Source: Alphaproteobacteria bacterium (GTDB lineage: Bacteria > Pseudomonadota > Alphaproteobacteria > JAUXUR01). From it: DNA of 64,000 bases. The translations under genes and the position numbers were made by a program. Within the stretch, counting starts at the first letter, position 1. Each line of letters starts with the position of its first letter. The notes under the pieces were generated by a model. It was given only the letters and a program-made list of their open reading frames with translations. It was not told the DNA's origin and searched no databases. Positions 47,615-57,402 of this stretch are shown here, in pieces. The DNA lies in contig JAUYSY010000022.1 in assembly GCA_030696155.1 (NCBI GenBank), positions 4,172-68,171 on the forward strand. Direction: 5' to 3'.

Positions 47615-48010
47615 TTATTTCACCCTAATCGCATTACCGGCCGCTTTGATACTAATGCTAGAACCAGTGACCTTACTCACATTCACATCTATCGCCATAT
47701 CACCATAATTTTCAGCTGCAATTTGGAGTTTATCGATAGGGCCTGAAAGCGTTGCTATATTCCCCGAAGAACTAGTCTGAACACTAGAAGAATCAATATC
47801 TTGAACATTGACGTTTTTGCTTGCATCACCATAGCTTATCATGGGATCATCAGCAGAATCACCAGAATTAACAACAATAACTGAATTCCCTGGAGGCGTA
47901 GCATTAGCTGAATTCACTGAATTTAAAGGATTGAAAGAACTTGCATCAATAGCAATAACGTTACATGAAAAAAAAGCTGCAATAACAGCCCACATGGAAA
48001 TGTTTCTCAT
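47615..48010 (-). CDS. small secreted curlin-repeat-like (Gly-Asn beta-solenoid repeat) protein, paralog 4
   Basis: A signal peptide then repeated units of the type S-x-(V/I)-x-(V/I)-x-A-x-G-N-x-(V/I) (e.g. SSISIKAAGNAIRV). Confidence 0.45.
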   Translation of the reverse strand: MRNISMWAVIAAFFSCNVIAIDASSFNPLNSVNSANATPPGNSVIVVNSGDSADDPMISYGDASKNVNVQDIDSSSVQTSSSGNIATLSGPIDKLQIAAENYGDMAIDVNVSKVTGSSISIKAAGNAIRVK

Positions 48011-48135
48011 ATCTTCCTACAGGATTATTTATTTGTGTTGCTAAGATGAGCGTAACATAACATTTTTAAAATAAAAAATTAAATACTAAAAAATATAACA
48101 TCATAATTGAGTCAGTTTATCAAATTTATTATTTA

Positions 48136-48474
48136 TTATCTAAAAGTTATAGAATTTCCAATTGCATTAACCTGAATGTATGAGTTACTCACATTCGAAA
48201 CTTGAGCGTCAGCTATCATGTTGCCGTAGCTTTGCATGAAAAAAACTGAATTTTCAACATTACCACTTAAGTTTATCGTATTACCCGCAGCGCCAACCTG
48301 AACAAATGATGCATCAATACTATCAATTTTTGACGTTGCACTTGCATTACCATAATTCATCTGCTCAATACTTAAATTGTTTTTGACAAAAGGATCAGCG
48401 TTTGAGAAAGAAGGCATTCCCGTTACAAACACAAGAGCCAGGATATAAATCATTTTCTTCATTTCTTCCTCCAT
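48136..48474 (-). CDS. small secreted curlin-repeat-like protein, paralog 3
   Basis: Signal peptide and the repeats SFVQVGAAGNTINL and SYIQVNAIGNSITF. Confidence 0.45.
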   Translation of the reverse strand: MEEEMKKMIYILALVFVTGMPSFSNADPFVKNNLSIEQMNYGNASATSKIDSIDASFVQVGAAGNTINLSGNVENSVFFMQSYGNMIADAQVSNVSNSYIQVNAIGNSITFR

Positions 48475-48535
48475 CCTAAATTATTGCTTTTTATCTCTTT
48501 ATTTCGTTTTTAGTCCAGCATAATTTCATAACTAC

Positions 48536-48665
48536 CCAGCCCCCTCATACGCTCCGCGGCAAGTCCCTTGGGGTCCATGCTGAAAAAGTAAAATGTAAAT
48601 ATTTATCGATACTTTTCAACAAGTTTTATGGATCCCGCGGTCAAGCCGCGGGACGTAGGAGGTGA
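48536..48665. repeat. REP-like palindromic element, family A
   Basis: …CGCTCCGCGGCAAGTCCCTTGGGGTCCAT … TGGATCCCGCGGTCAAGCCGCGGGACGTAGGAGG, between paralogs 2 and 3 of the array. Confidence 0.7.
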
Positions 48666-48788
48666 AATGTTCAAAATTCGCACACCCTCCTGGGCAGTTA
48701 CCCTATTTCATTAATTTCTGCAAAAACAAAATGCTAGTATGACGAACCCTCTCCTAAGAGAGGGCTCATTACGGTAATTTATAGTTAA

Positions 48789-49193
48789 TTATCTCAATGT
48801 AACAGCATTACCAGCTGAGATCACACCAACACTAGAAGCAGTTACACCACTCACTATTCCCAAAGCCGTATTGTCACCATAGCTTTCCGCTGCCATGGAA
48901 AAGTTTTCAACCGTACCTTCAAGAAGCACAGTGTTACCAGCGGCACCCACATCAACTGTTGAAGAATCAATATTTTCAATCGTTGCATTCGTTAATGAGT
49001 TACCGTAGTTTTTAAGCGTTAAGTCGATATTTGTTTTGACATTACTGATAGGATCCCCACCCCAGTCACCACCAAAATCTTCTGAAAAAGTTTCTTCAGT
49101 CATTGGTACTTCAGCAGGTATTTCTTCTGCATAAGCTTTAATTGTGAACACAGTGATTGCAAATGCAAAAGCGATCATTGAAAATTTTTTCAT
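48789..49193 (-). CDS. small secreted curlin-repeat-like protein, paralog 2
   Basis: 134 aa, nearly identical to paralog 1; repeats STVDVGAAGNTVLL and SSVGVISAGNAVTL. Confidence 0.5.
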   Translation of the reverse strand: MKKFSMIAFAFAITVFTIKAYAEEIPAEVPMTEETFSEDFGGDWGGDPISNVKTNIDLTLKNYGNSLTNATIENIDSSTVDVGAAGNTVLLEGTVENFSMAAESYGDNTALGIVSGVTASSVGVISAGNAVTLR

Positions 49194-49242
49194 AACGTCC
49201 TCCTAAGATTATATTGTATTGATTGTCTATTTTTGTGCTTAA

Positions 49243-49647
49243 CTATCTCAATGTGACAGCGTTACCAGCGGAGATCACACCAACAGTGGAAGCCGTTACA
49301 CCACTCACTACTCCAAAAGCCGTATTATTGCCATAGCTTTCAGCCGCCATTGAAAAGTTTTCAACCGTACCTTCAAGAAGCACAGTGTTACCAGCGGCAC
49401 CCACATCAACTGTTGAAGAATCAATATTTTCAATAGTTGCATTCGTTAATGAGTTGCCGTAGTTTTTAAGCGTTAAATCAATATTTGTTTTGACATTACT
49501 GATAGGATCCCCGCCCCAGTCACCACCAAAATCTTCTGAAAAAGTTTCTTCAGTCATTGGTACCTCAGCTGGAACTTCTTCGGCATAAGATTTAATTGAA
49601 AAAAGACCAAGTGCGAGTGCGAACGTGATTAATGATAAACTTCTCAT
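49243..49647 (-). CDS. small secreted curlin-repeat-like protein, paralog 1
   Basis: 134 aa; signal peptide MRSLSLITFALALGLFSIKSYA; the same repeat units. Confidence 0.5.
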   Translation of the reverse strand: MRSLSLITFALALGLFSIKSYAEEVPAEVPMTEETFSEDFGGDWGGDPISNVKTNIDLTLKNYGNSLTNATIENIDSSTVDVGAAGNTVLLEGTVENFSMAAESYGNNTAFGVVSGVTASTVGVISAGNAVTLR

Positions 49648-49717
49648 ATTGTCCTCCTAAGACTATTGTTTGCGTTGTGTGTTTTTTCTTTTTTTCTTCT
49701 TCTTACATTCATCTTAA

Positions 49718-49725
49718 GGGGGGGG
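49718..49725. repeat. G8 homopolymeric tract upstream of the curlin-like array
   Basis: GGGGGGGG lies about 70 bp upstream of the first array gene on its coding strand's 5' side, in an AT-rich intergenic region. Confidence 0.8.
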
Positions 49726-49987
49726 TGCTTAAAAAATGATTAAGATACAAAATTATTTTTAAAAAATTGAATATTTTTTATAATTAGTTGATAAATATAA
49801 CTTATTTTTACATGATTCGAAGCTAAAGACTTAATAGCGGGCGCAATTCAAAAAAAGACCATCAAATTTCTAAAAAATTTACCATCAACTTCTTCAAAAA
49901 GAATTGACTTTAATCATCAAAAGCTCTATAAAGAACCTCATTCACATGTTATCATTCATACATAACAATATGTAAAAGGTTTTTAGA

Positions 49988-50254
49988 ATGGCCAATACAA
50001 AAACGGCAAAACAAAATATTCGTCTTACAGAAAGACGTACAGATATAAATCGTGCTCGTGTTAGCCGCATTCGTACATTTGTTAAAAAGGTTGAAACTGC
50101 AATTCTCAGCGGTAATGCTGAACTTGCAAAGAATGCGTTGATCGCTGCACAACCAGAACTTCATCGTGGCGCCTCTAAAGGCGTGCTGCATAAAAATACC
50201 GTTGCACGTAAGATTTCTCGCTTATCACAGCGCATCAAAACACTTTCCGCTTAA
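49988..50254 (+). CDS. rpsT: 30S ribosomal protein S20
   Basis: [17 protein letters not shown]…; a basic 88-aa protein typical of S20. Confidence 0.9.
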   Translation: MANTKTAKQNIRLTERRTDINRARVSRIRTFVKKVETAILSGNAELAKNALIAAQPELHRGASKGVLHKNTVARKISRLSQRIKTLSA

Positions 50255-50285
50255 CTTTTCTTCCTAAAATTATATAGGTCAACAG

Positions 50286-50308
50286 GCTCCTTTCAAGGAG
50301 CTTGATTT
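50286..50308 (+). terminator. terminator-like hairpin after rpsT
   Basis: GCTCC-tttcaa-GGAGC followed by TTGATTT. Confidence 0.35.
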
Positions 50309-50596
50309 CCCTTGTTATACTTATAATGCTTTAATTTTATTGAAATTTTTTTTTGCATGTTCTTGTTTTGTTCCAGTTGTGCTGTTAGGATTAGGAGGCT
50401 ACTCTCTTCTTCTAGACATAAATACAAATAAGTCAAAATAGATTACAAGCTATTCTTTTGTAATCATTTTTCGTGTATATGACTATAAAAGAACAAACAA
50501 AACAAAGCTACATTAAATAATAATAACAATGTTTTAGTCTTTGGTACGTTGAAATAACAAAAAACTTAGAAACCCACGCTCAAGGTAAGCTTTTGA

Positions 50597-52042
50597 ATGA
50601 CCGATTTTGCTGAAATATTAACCCCGCTACAAGGATCCTTCACCGAAGAGCATCCACTTGATGACTATATTCAGCTTCAATGGGGTGTTGTAAAAGATCT
50701 ATTACGTCAAGAATTAGGCGAGGCTGCCCATCGTAGCTGGATCATGCCTTTAATTGTTCAGGAAAATTTTGCTGGCAGCGTTCAGATTGCAGCACCAACC
50801 CGCTTCATGCGTGATTGGGTTACAACCCATTATGTAGATCGTATTCGTGTTTTATGGCACCAAGTAAACCCATCCATTCATCAAATAGATCTTATTGTTT
50901 CATTAACGCCCCTCACGCATTCATCAATTGCTTCAGTCGAACAGCCAAAAGAAAATACGCACTTCACAAGCACACCAGAAAGCGAAAGCAGTGACGACTC
51001 CCCTTTCGCCTATGATAAATTAAGCATATCGCTTGATCCTAGACTTACCTTTGATAATTTTGTTGTTGGCAAACCAAACGAACTTGCTTTTGCCGCAGCG
51101 CAACGTGTTGCTGAATCAGATAAAGTCATTTTCAACCCATTATTCCTTTATGGTGGCGTTGGCTTAGGTAAAACACATTTAATGCACGCAATTGCCGCAC
51201 GTATCAAAGAAGTGAACCCAGAACGTAAAGTGCTTTATATTTCTGCTGAAAAATTCATGTATCAATTTGTTAAAGCGTTACGTTTCAAAGACACCGTTTC
51301 TTTTAAAGAACAATTCAGAACCGTTAACGTCCTTATGATTGACGATGTACAATTCATCAGCGGTAAAGATTCAACGCAAGAAGAATTTTTTCATACCTTT
51401 AATGCGCTTGTTGATCAGAACCATCAAATCATTGTCTCCGCCGATAAATCTCCTTCTGATTTAGACGGCATGGAAGAACGTTTAAAATCTCGTTTAGGCT
51501 GGGGCCTCGTTGCTGATATTCATCCAACAACCTATGAATTGCGTTTAAGCATATTGCAAGCCAAGGCAGAAAATTTAAAAGCCATTGTGCCTGATAAAGT
51601 TCTTGAATTTTTAGCCCACAAAATAACGTCAAACGTACGTGAATTAGAAGGCGCACTGAATCGCGTTGTCTATCAATCAACGTTGGTTGGCCATGAAATC
51701 AATCTTGAGATGGCACAAGAATTATTGCGCGATTTAATCAGAGCCAATGATCGACGGGTCACCATTGACGAAATACAACGTAAGGTTGCAGAACATTACA
51801 ATATCCGAATATCGGACATGCATTCCAGCAAAAGATCACGTGCCATTGCGCGACCGCGACAAGTCGCAATGTACCTTACCAAACAATTAACACCTTATTC
51901 TTATCCTGAAATTGGACGTAAATTTGGCGGACGGGACCACACAACAGTCATGCATGCTTCCAAAACAATCCAAGAGATGTTAAAAGAAGACATTACATTA
52001 TCAGAAGATATAAGATTATTACGACGCATATTAGAGTCATAA
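50597..52042 (+). CDS. dnaA: chromosomal replication initiator DnaA
   Basis: The AAA+ Walker A GGVGLGKTHL, Walker B MIDDVQF and sensor motifs, plus the C-terminal DnaA-box-binding domain (…RPRQVAMYL…). Confidence 0.95.
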   Translation: MTDFAEILTPLQGSFTEEHPLDDYIQLQWGVVKDLLRQELGEAAHRSWIMPLIVQENFAGSVQIAAPTRFMRDWVTTHYVDRIRVLWHQVNPSIHQIDLIVSLTPLTHSSIASVEQPKENTHFTSTPESESSDDSPFAYDKLSISLDPRLTFDNFVVGKPNELAFAAAQRVAESDKVIFNPLFLYGGVGLGKTHLMHAIAARIKEVNPERKVLYISAEKFMYQFVKALRFKDTVSFKEQFRTVNVLMIDDVQFISGKDSTQEEFFHTFNALVDQNHQIIVSADKSPSDLDGMEERLKSRLGWGLVADIHPTTYELRLSILQAKAENLKAIVPDKVLEFLAHKITSNVRELEGALNRVVYQSTLVGHEINLEMAQELLRDLIRANDRRVTIDEIQRKVAEHYNIRISDMHSSKRSRAIARPRQVAMYLTKQLTPYSYPEIGRKFGGRDHTTVMHASKTIQEMLKEDITLSEDIRLLRRILES

Positions 52043-52051
52043 AGGGATAAC

Positions 52052-53206
52052 ATGAAGTTTTCAATCGACCAATCCTTACTTAAAACCGCCTTACAACGTG
52101 TTTTATCCGTTGTTGATAAAAAAACGCCTAATCCCGTTTTATCAAATATTTTAATGGTTGTTGATCCCCAAGAATTGACCTTAACGTCAACCAATATGGA
52201 TATCGCTATTCTTGAAAAATTGCCATTACACCTTGTTGAAAAAACAGGTGCGATCGTGGCGCCCGCTCATATGCTCAATGATATTGTAACAAGATTACCC
52301 AATGGATGCGAAATTCAATTTGAAGTTGAATCAAATGAATTAGGGCAACCTTTATCAACATTTAAATTATCAACCGATAAACTTAATTACACCTTAAGCT
52401 ATTTAGAAAAAAATCTTTTCCCTGACATTAGACCATCTGAATATCCCTGGCATTTTCAAATGAGTGCAGGCCAATTACGCGATGTTTTAAACCGCAGCCG
52501 TTTTTCTATGGCCGAAGAAGAAGTCCGCCATTTTTTAAGTGGTGTTTATCTTTTTCCACTAAACAATCAAGAAGATAACACAGGGCGACCAGAATTATGT
52601 GCCATAGCAACTGATGGTCATCGCTTAGCTAAAATCACAACACCTTTTGCGACAGCTTTACCTGATTTTCCAGGCATCATATTACCGGCCAAAACAACAG
52701 ATGTCTTATGCCGTCTTTTGGCTTCTCAAGAAGAAAACATCCTTTTAGAATGCGATGTTTCTCAAACATCTTTATGTGTCAAATTTGGATCCATTTGCCT
52801 TATTTCGAAACTGGTCAATGGTCAATATCCTGATTACACATTAGCGCTTCCAAAAGGCGATATACGCAAAGTTCATGTTTCGAAAGATGGTCTTGTCCGC
52901 GCAGCTGACCGTATGGCCATTGTTGCAGACCCTATTTTACGCGCTATTGACGCACAAATATCTGAAAATCAACTTAGATTTTCAGTCCCAGGCAGTAAAA
53001 ATGGTTCTGGTTTTGAAGAGATTTCAGTTGTAAGCGAAATTGATCAAATCGGCACCGTTTTTAATGCAGATTATCTTATTGAAGCGGCACGTCATATCAA
53101 AGGTGATATGATCGAGCTTCAAGTGATTGATGCAGAATCAGCCATTATGCTTAAAGGCAAAGACGATGGATCAGCTTTATATGTTCTGATGCCCATTGTC
53201 AGCTAA
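52052..53206 (+). CDS. dnaN: DNA polymerase III beta sliding clamp
   Basis: A three-domain beta-clamp pattern; it follows dnaA by 9 nt. Confidence 0.9.
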   Translation: MKFSIDQSLLKTALQRVLSVVDKKTPNPVLSNILMVVDPQELTLTSTNMDIAILEKLPLHLVEKTGAIVAPAHMLNDIVTRLPNGCEIQFEVESNELGQPLSTFKLSTDKLNYTLSYLEKNLFPDIRPSEYPWHFQMSAGQLRDVLNRSRFSMAEEEVRHFLSGVYLFPLNNQEDNTGRPELCAIATDGHRLAKITTPFATALPDFPGIILPAKTTDVLCRLLASQEENILLECDVSQTSLCVKFGSICLISKLVNGQYPDYTLALPKGDIRKVHVSKDGLVRAADRMAIVADPILRAIDAQISENQLRFSVPGSKNGSGFEEISVVSEIDQIGTVFNADYLIEAARHIKGDMIELQVIDAESAIMLKGKDDGSALYVLMPIVS

Positions 53207-53399
53207 CCTCTTCTTCTTTTAAACTGTGGAGGGCGTCAGATTTCGGGATTCGCAATGCTCCTGTATAAAAAGATACACGCAGCTTGCCGCACCGCTCATC
53301 TTTCTACCCACATTTTGAAATAATTCGAGTACTTTTAAATGCCAATCTATTTAGCATTTAATGTAACTACCCAGAAGTTGGGTGAGAGTTTTAAACACC

Positions 53400-53650
53400 T
53401 CTTTTCTTACGTCCCGCGGCCATGTCATTGCCCATACGTATTACAGGCTATTGATAATTAATGATAATTGCTTACTCCACCTCCTACGTCCCGCGGCTTG
53501 TCCGCGGGATCCATGGTGCAAAAGGCAGTTATAACTATTTACAGAAACTTCTCAAACACTTTCTGGATCCCGCGAACAAGTCGCGGGACGTAGGAAGGGG
53601 GTGGGTGTTTATACTTAAGGAATGATATGGCCGCGGGGCGTAGGGGGCTT
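53400..53650. repeat. cluster of family A REP-like elements (one full palindrome plus two half-sites)
   Basis: The half-site CTTTTCTTACGTCCCGCGGCC…; the full element CCTCCTACGTCCCGCGGCTTGTCCGCGGGATCCAT…TGGATCCCGCGAACAAGTCGCGGGACGTAGGAAGG; and the half-site GGCCGCGGGGCGTAGGGGG. Confidence 0.75.
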
Positions 53651-53712
53651 GGGAGTTACTTAATTTCAATAAGTTAGAAGATACGTTCATTTCATAAACG
53701 AAGGCACAAATA

Positions 53713-54789
53713 TTGCGGATTTTTCTATATGTTCAGCATTTATTAGGCATCGGGCATTTAAAACGTGCTTCTTTGCTTGCCGAAACATTATTCTCCAAAG
53801 GACATCAAGTTCTTTTGGTGACAGGTGGACGCCCAAATCCAAATCTATTAAAAAGCTTAACAAACATTTGTCAATTGCCCCCCTTATACACAAAAGACGA
53901 AAATTTTAATCTTCTAGCAGATTTAGATATTCAACCAGATTCAAATTATTTAGATCAACGGCGAAAAATATTGCTTGATGCCTTTGATACTTTTAAGCCT
54001 GATCTTTTAATCACCGAACATTTTCCATTTGGGCGCCATATACTTAAGGGGGAGCTTATCCCCCTTCTTGAAAAAGCCAAATCTAATAACATAAAAATTG
54101 TAGGATCTGTGCGCGATATTTTAGTGTCCCTTCCCTCATCAAAGATTCTTAAAATAAAAGAAATTTTAAACAATTATTATGATGCTGTTTTAATTCATGG
54201 TGATCAAAAATGTGCTGCATATTGGACTGATTATGCAAATGTAAAACCTCGCTTATTTTTTACAGGCTATATATATCAACAAACAAAACCAAAACCCACA
54301 CTTGATAGTACATTGTCCAAAAACCCTGTTATAGCCTTTCAAGGCGGCAGAAACACTCATTGCAACTGGCTTGATCTATTACGTAAGGCCAAACCCAAAA
54401 CGATCTTCAAAAACAATCCTTGGATCATTATAGGAACCCAAAACAACGATTACCTGGACGAAGGCATTACCATACAAAAATCCATCCCCAATTTAAGTAA
54501 AAACCTCAGCCAATGCGCCTTTATCATTTCAGAAGCTGGGTATAATAGTTTTCTAGAGATTGTATTATCCGAAGCCCCATCCCTTTTTATCCCTTTTTAC
54601 ACACAAAAAGAAGATGAGCAGCTTAAACGGCTCCAATTATTTAATTTAGATTATATTGATCACACATCATTAACCAAGGATATTATTGTAAACCAAATAA
54701 ACAGCAACCTACATAAATCTAAAAAATCATTAATTTTAGATATTAATGGATTAAACAAAAGCAAAAATATCATTAACACATTGATATAA
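53713..54789 (+). CDS. GT-B-fold glycosyltransferase-like protein (MurG/PseG-like N-terminal motif)
   Basis: N-terminal YVQHLLGIGHLKRASLLA (a GxGHxxR motif as in the PseG/MurG-type N-domain); the C-terminal half is compatible with a nucleotide-sugar-binding domain. The specific function is unknown. Confidence 0.45.
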   Translation: MRIFLYVQHLLGIGHLKRASLLAETLFSKGHQVLLVTGGRPNPNLLKSLTNICQLPPLYTKDENFNLLADLDIQPDSNYLDQRRKILLDAFDTFKPDLLITEHFPFGRHILKGELIPLLEKAKSNNIKIVGSVRDILVSLPSSKILKIKEILNNYYDAVLIHGDQKCAAYWTDYANVKPRLFFTGYIYQQTKPKPTLDSTLSKNPVIAFQGGRNTHCNWLDLLRKAKPKTIFKNNPWIIIGTQNNDYLDEGITIQKSIPNLSKNLSQCAFIISEAGYNSFLEIVLSEAPSLFIPFYTQKEDEQLKRLQLFNLDYIDHTSLTKDIIVNQINSNLHKSKKSLILDINGLNKSKNIINTLI

Positions 54790-54977
54790 AAAAATATTTT
54801 TGAATATATTGTTTAAAATTAAAAAAATTAAATCATTTTATTGTTAAATAAAATTACTTTTATATAAACTTACATCACTATATTATGTCATTAGTTTAAT
54901 AAATGTTGTTTTTTTATATTATTACAATAAATTTATCATAAATCTTATTTTTTATTAAAATATTAGTGAAAAAAAGA

Positions 54978-55006
54978 TTGCAACATAGGGCATAATGTCT
55001 TACTAA
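54978..55006 (+). promoter_or_regulatory. sigma70-like promoter of small-secreted-paralog gene 1
   Basis: TTGCAA, a 17-bp spacer, then TACTAA, within a conserved block (…TACTAAGTAAG…) shared with the other two paralogs. Confidence 0.5.
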
Positions 55007-55053
55007 GTAAGCCAATGCGACTAATAAATGGTTGCTCAAAACGAGGTAAATCG

Positions 55054-55695
55054 ATGTTTAGAAAATTTGCACTTTACACCATTATTCTTTTTTCGTATGC
55101 GAATCTCACTTTTGCGGGTAACGCTTCTAACGAAGCAGAAAAACATGTAATTGAACAAGAAAGTTATGCAGCAGCTATTGAAGAAGAAAATAACGCGCAT
55201 CTGTTTGAACAAGAAAATCATGCAATGGCTATTGAAGAAGAAAACGATGAAATGGATGGAAACTATGCTTCTTATTATTTGGACAACATAATTAATACTA
55301 CATTAACTCATTACCCACAATATCGCATCACTTTGGATTTAATGCTTGATTTTTACTGTCATGCCAATGAATTACTAAATGTTAATTATACTCAAAATGA
55401 AAACAATAGATTTTTTGAAGCTTTTGTTGATTTAGCCCTTAAAGCAAACAATCGCGCGCAAAACCTCATAATAGAGATACCTCGCCACTCTGGTATTTTT
55501 AATATTTTTATCAATAATAATAATGCATTTATAAATACTATGTTACGCTCTCCGACTTCATTTGGATGTATTGGCAATGATCGTACTATTCGATTGCTTA
55601 TAAACAGAATACAAAGAAAAGTGAATGCTCAACGTAATCCAATCCAACGTAATCGGGTGCAACGTAGCCATAACGTACTCTTTCCAATCAACTAA
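55054..55695 (+). CDS. small secreted protein, paralog family member 1; the start is taken at the internal ATG preceded by a conserved RBS
   Basis: Signal peptide MFRKFALYTIILFSYANLTFA; a conserved core (…LDLMLDFYCHANELL…, …AQNLIIE…); internal HVIEQE/FEQEN repeats; upstream ACGAGGTAAATCG-ATG. Confidence 0.55.
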   Translation: MFRKFALYTIILFSYANLTFAGNASNEAEKHVIEQESYAAAIEEENNAHLFEQENHAMAIEEENDEMDGNYASYYLDNIINTTLTHYPQYRITLDLMLDFYCHANELLNVNYTQNENNRFFEAFVDLALKANNRAQNLIIEIPRHSGIFNIFINNNNAFINTMLRSPTSFGCIGNDRTIRLLINRIQRKVNAQRNPIQRNRVQRSHNVLFPIN

Positions 55696-55758
55696 ACATA
55701 CCTTTGCCGATTAAAAACATACGAACAAGCTATAATCAAGGCGTATTTTTAATTCGTT

Positions 55759-55793
55759 ACCTCTCCTCCCGCAGCAACCCCGCGGGATCCAAA
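55759..55793. repeat. family A REP half-site
   Basis: CCTCTCCTCCCGCAGCAACCCCGCGGGATCCAAA downstream of paralog 1; it may also act as its terminator. Confidence 0.5.
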
Positions 55794-56044
55794 AGATAAT
55801 TTAATTAAAAAAAAACTATTAACAACTTGATATAAAAAGATATTTTTAATTTTGACATAGAACTAACTAATATAATTGAAAAATCAAAGCAATTTAACTG
55901 CTTGATAAATAAAAATAATATTGCTTTATCTAATTTTAATAAATCTAACAGATCAATAAAATTATTTTTTATATAATTAACATACACTTAATAAAAACTA
56001 TATTTTTTTATCGAATTTTTTCAGAGATTTATTAAAAAAATGAA

Positions 56045-56073
56045 TTGCAATGTAGGTCAGTTTATATTATTAA
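56045..56073 (+). promoter_or_regulatory. sigma70-like promoter of paralog gene 2
   Basis: TTGCAA, a 17-bp spacer, then TATTAA, in a conserved GAATTGCAA…TAAGTAAG block. Confidence 0.5.
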
Positions 56074-56128
56074 GTAAGTGTATATGACTAATAATCATAT
56101 TGATATTCATTCAACACAAGGTAAAAAA

Positions 56129-56653
56129 ATGTTCAAAAAATTTGCGCTTTTCACCATTATGCTTTTCTCCTATACAAATCCTATCATTGCTGAGGATATG
56201 CAAGAAAATAGGGAACATGTTAATATAGAAATTGAAGATGAGGGCGAAGAACTTTCACTAGATGTAATGGAAAGGATTATTACGCAATTCACAGGATATC
56301 TAGAAGCTAAATTCGATCAACGTCACACAACCACTTTCGGTGAAGTGCTGGATTTTTTTCAAGACGAAATAGAAAACCATGCTCATAGATATTTGCTCCA
56401 TTTCTATATAAATGGTTTAGAAATTGATGAAAATTATGGTGATGTTGAAGCTATTATTGAATTAGGTTTAAAAGCTGCAGAAATAGCTCAAGATAATATA
56501 GACAGACGCCCAGAAACCAAAGCAGCTCTAGAAGACTTTATTAAAAGAAATATAGAATTTCTTCAAAAACTTATTGATGAATTTGCACAAAGAAGAAGCC
56601 ACGTAAGCTCTTTTGCTGCTCTACAACAAAAATTACATCACTTACAACAATAA
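56129..56653 (+). CDS. small secreted protein, paralog family member 2
   Basis: Signal peptide MFKKFALFTIMLFSYTNPIIA; a conserved core (…VLDFFQDEIENHAHRYLLHFYINGLE…, …AAEIAQDNIDRRPETK…); an AAGGTAAAAAA-ATG RBS context. Confidence 0.55.
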   Translation: MFKKFALFTIMLFSYTNPIIAEDMQENREHVNIEIEDEGEELSLDVMERIITQFTGYLEAKFDQRHTTTFGEVLDFFQDEIENHAHRYLLHFYINGLEIDENYGDVEAIIELGLKAAEIAQDNIDRRPETKAALEDFIKRNIEFLQKLIDEFAQRRSHVSSFAALQQKLHHLQQ

Positions 56654-56663
56654 TACCTTTTTA

Positions 56664-56700
56664 TCTTTCGGGGGCATCACCCCTGAAAGATTCTTTAATT
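56664..56700 (+). terminator. rho-independent terminator
   Basis: TCTTTCGGGGG-catca-CCCCTGAAAGA (an 11-bp stem with one G·U pair) followed by a T-rich tail. Confidence 0.65.
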
Positions 56701-56909
56701 CAATATAAAATATAAATTTTAAGCTTTAAACATAAAAAATCATGTAACTTATTGTTTAATTAGAAAAATTTTTAATCTGAGCAAATATTAAAAATTATAT
56801 ATTAAAGCACTCACAAAAATATTAAAAATTTTTTTCATAATTAACATATATTTAACCTAAGAAAAATTTATTTTATATTATTTACTATTGTATTTACTTG
56901 AAAAATGAA

Positions 56910-56938
56910 TTACAAACCATCATTACACATGTTACTAA
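56910..56938 (+). promoter_or_regulatory. sigma70-like promoter of paralog gene 3
   Basis: TTACAA, a 17-bp spacer, then TACTAA, in the conserved GAATTACAA…TACTAAGTAAG block. Confidence 0.5.
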
Positions 56939-56987
56939 GTAAGTATACATGTCCTATAAAATTATGTAAATCAAACGAGGTAAACCA

Positions 56988-57392
56988 ATGTTCAAAAAAT
57001 TAGCCATTTACACCATCATTCTTTTTTCATATGTAAGCCCCTCTTTTTCACTTACAGACGAAGAAATAGCTGCGGCTGACATCGCTGCATATAAATTTAT
57101 TGAAAACTTAGAAACAACGCTTGCCCCAAAACACGCTTGGACATTAGCACAAATGCTTGATTTTTTTAGCGATAAAGATGGCAATAATGCTCATCAAATT
57201 ATGGCAAATTTTTATTTAGATGCATTAGAAGACACTACACCACATAGTTTTAATCTAGCTTTTATTAAATTAGCATTAGCAGCTTCTGAAATTGCACAAG
57301 ATAACATCAAGGGAAGACCCTATACTAAGAACGACTTAAGCAAATTTATTGAAAACAATAAAGAGCTTATTAAATTTGTTTTAACGCACTAA
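56988..57392 (+). CDS. small secreted protein, paralog family member 3
   Basis: Signal peptide MFKKLAIYTIILFSYVSPSFS; a conserved core (…MLDFFSDKDGNNAHQIMANFYLDALE…, …ASEIAQDNIKGRPYTK…); the RBS ACGAGGTAAACCA-ATG. Confidence 0.55.
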   Translation: MFKKLAIYTIILFSYVSPSFSLTDEEIAAADIAAYKFIENLETTLAPKHAWTLAQMLDFFSDKDGNNAHQIMANFYLDALEDTTPHSFNLAFIKLALAASEIAQDNIKGRPYTKNDLSKFIENNKELIKFVLTH

Positions 57393-57402
57393 TTTTATAT
57401 CC

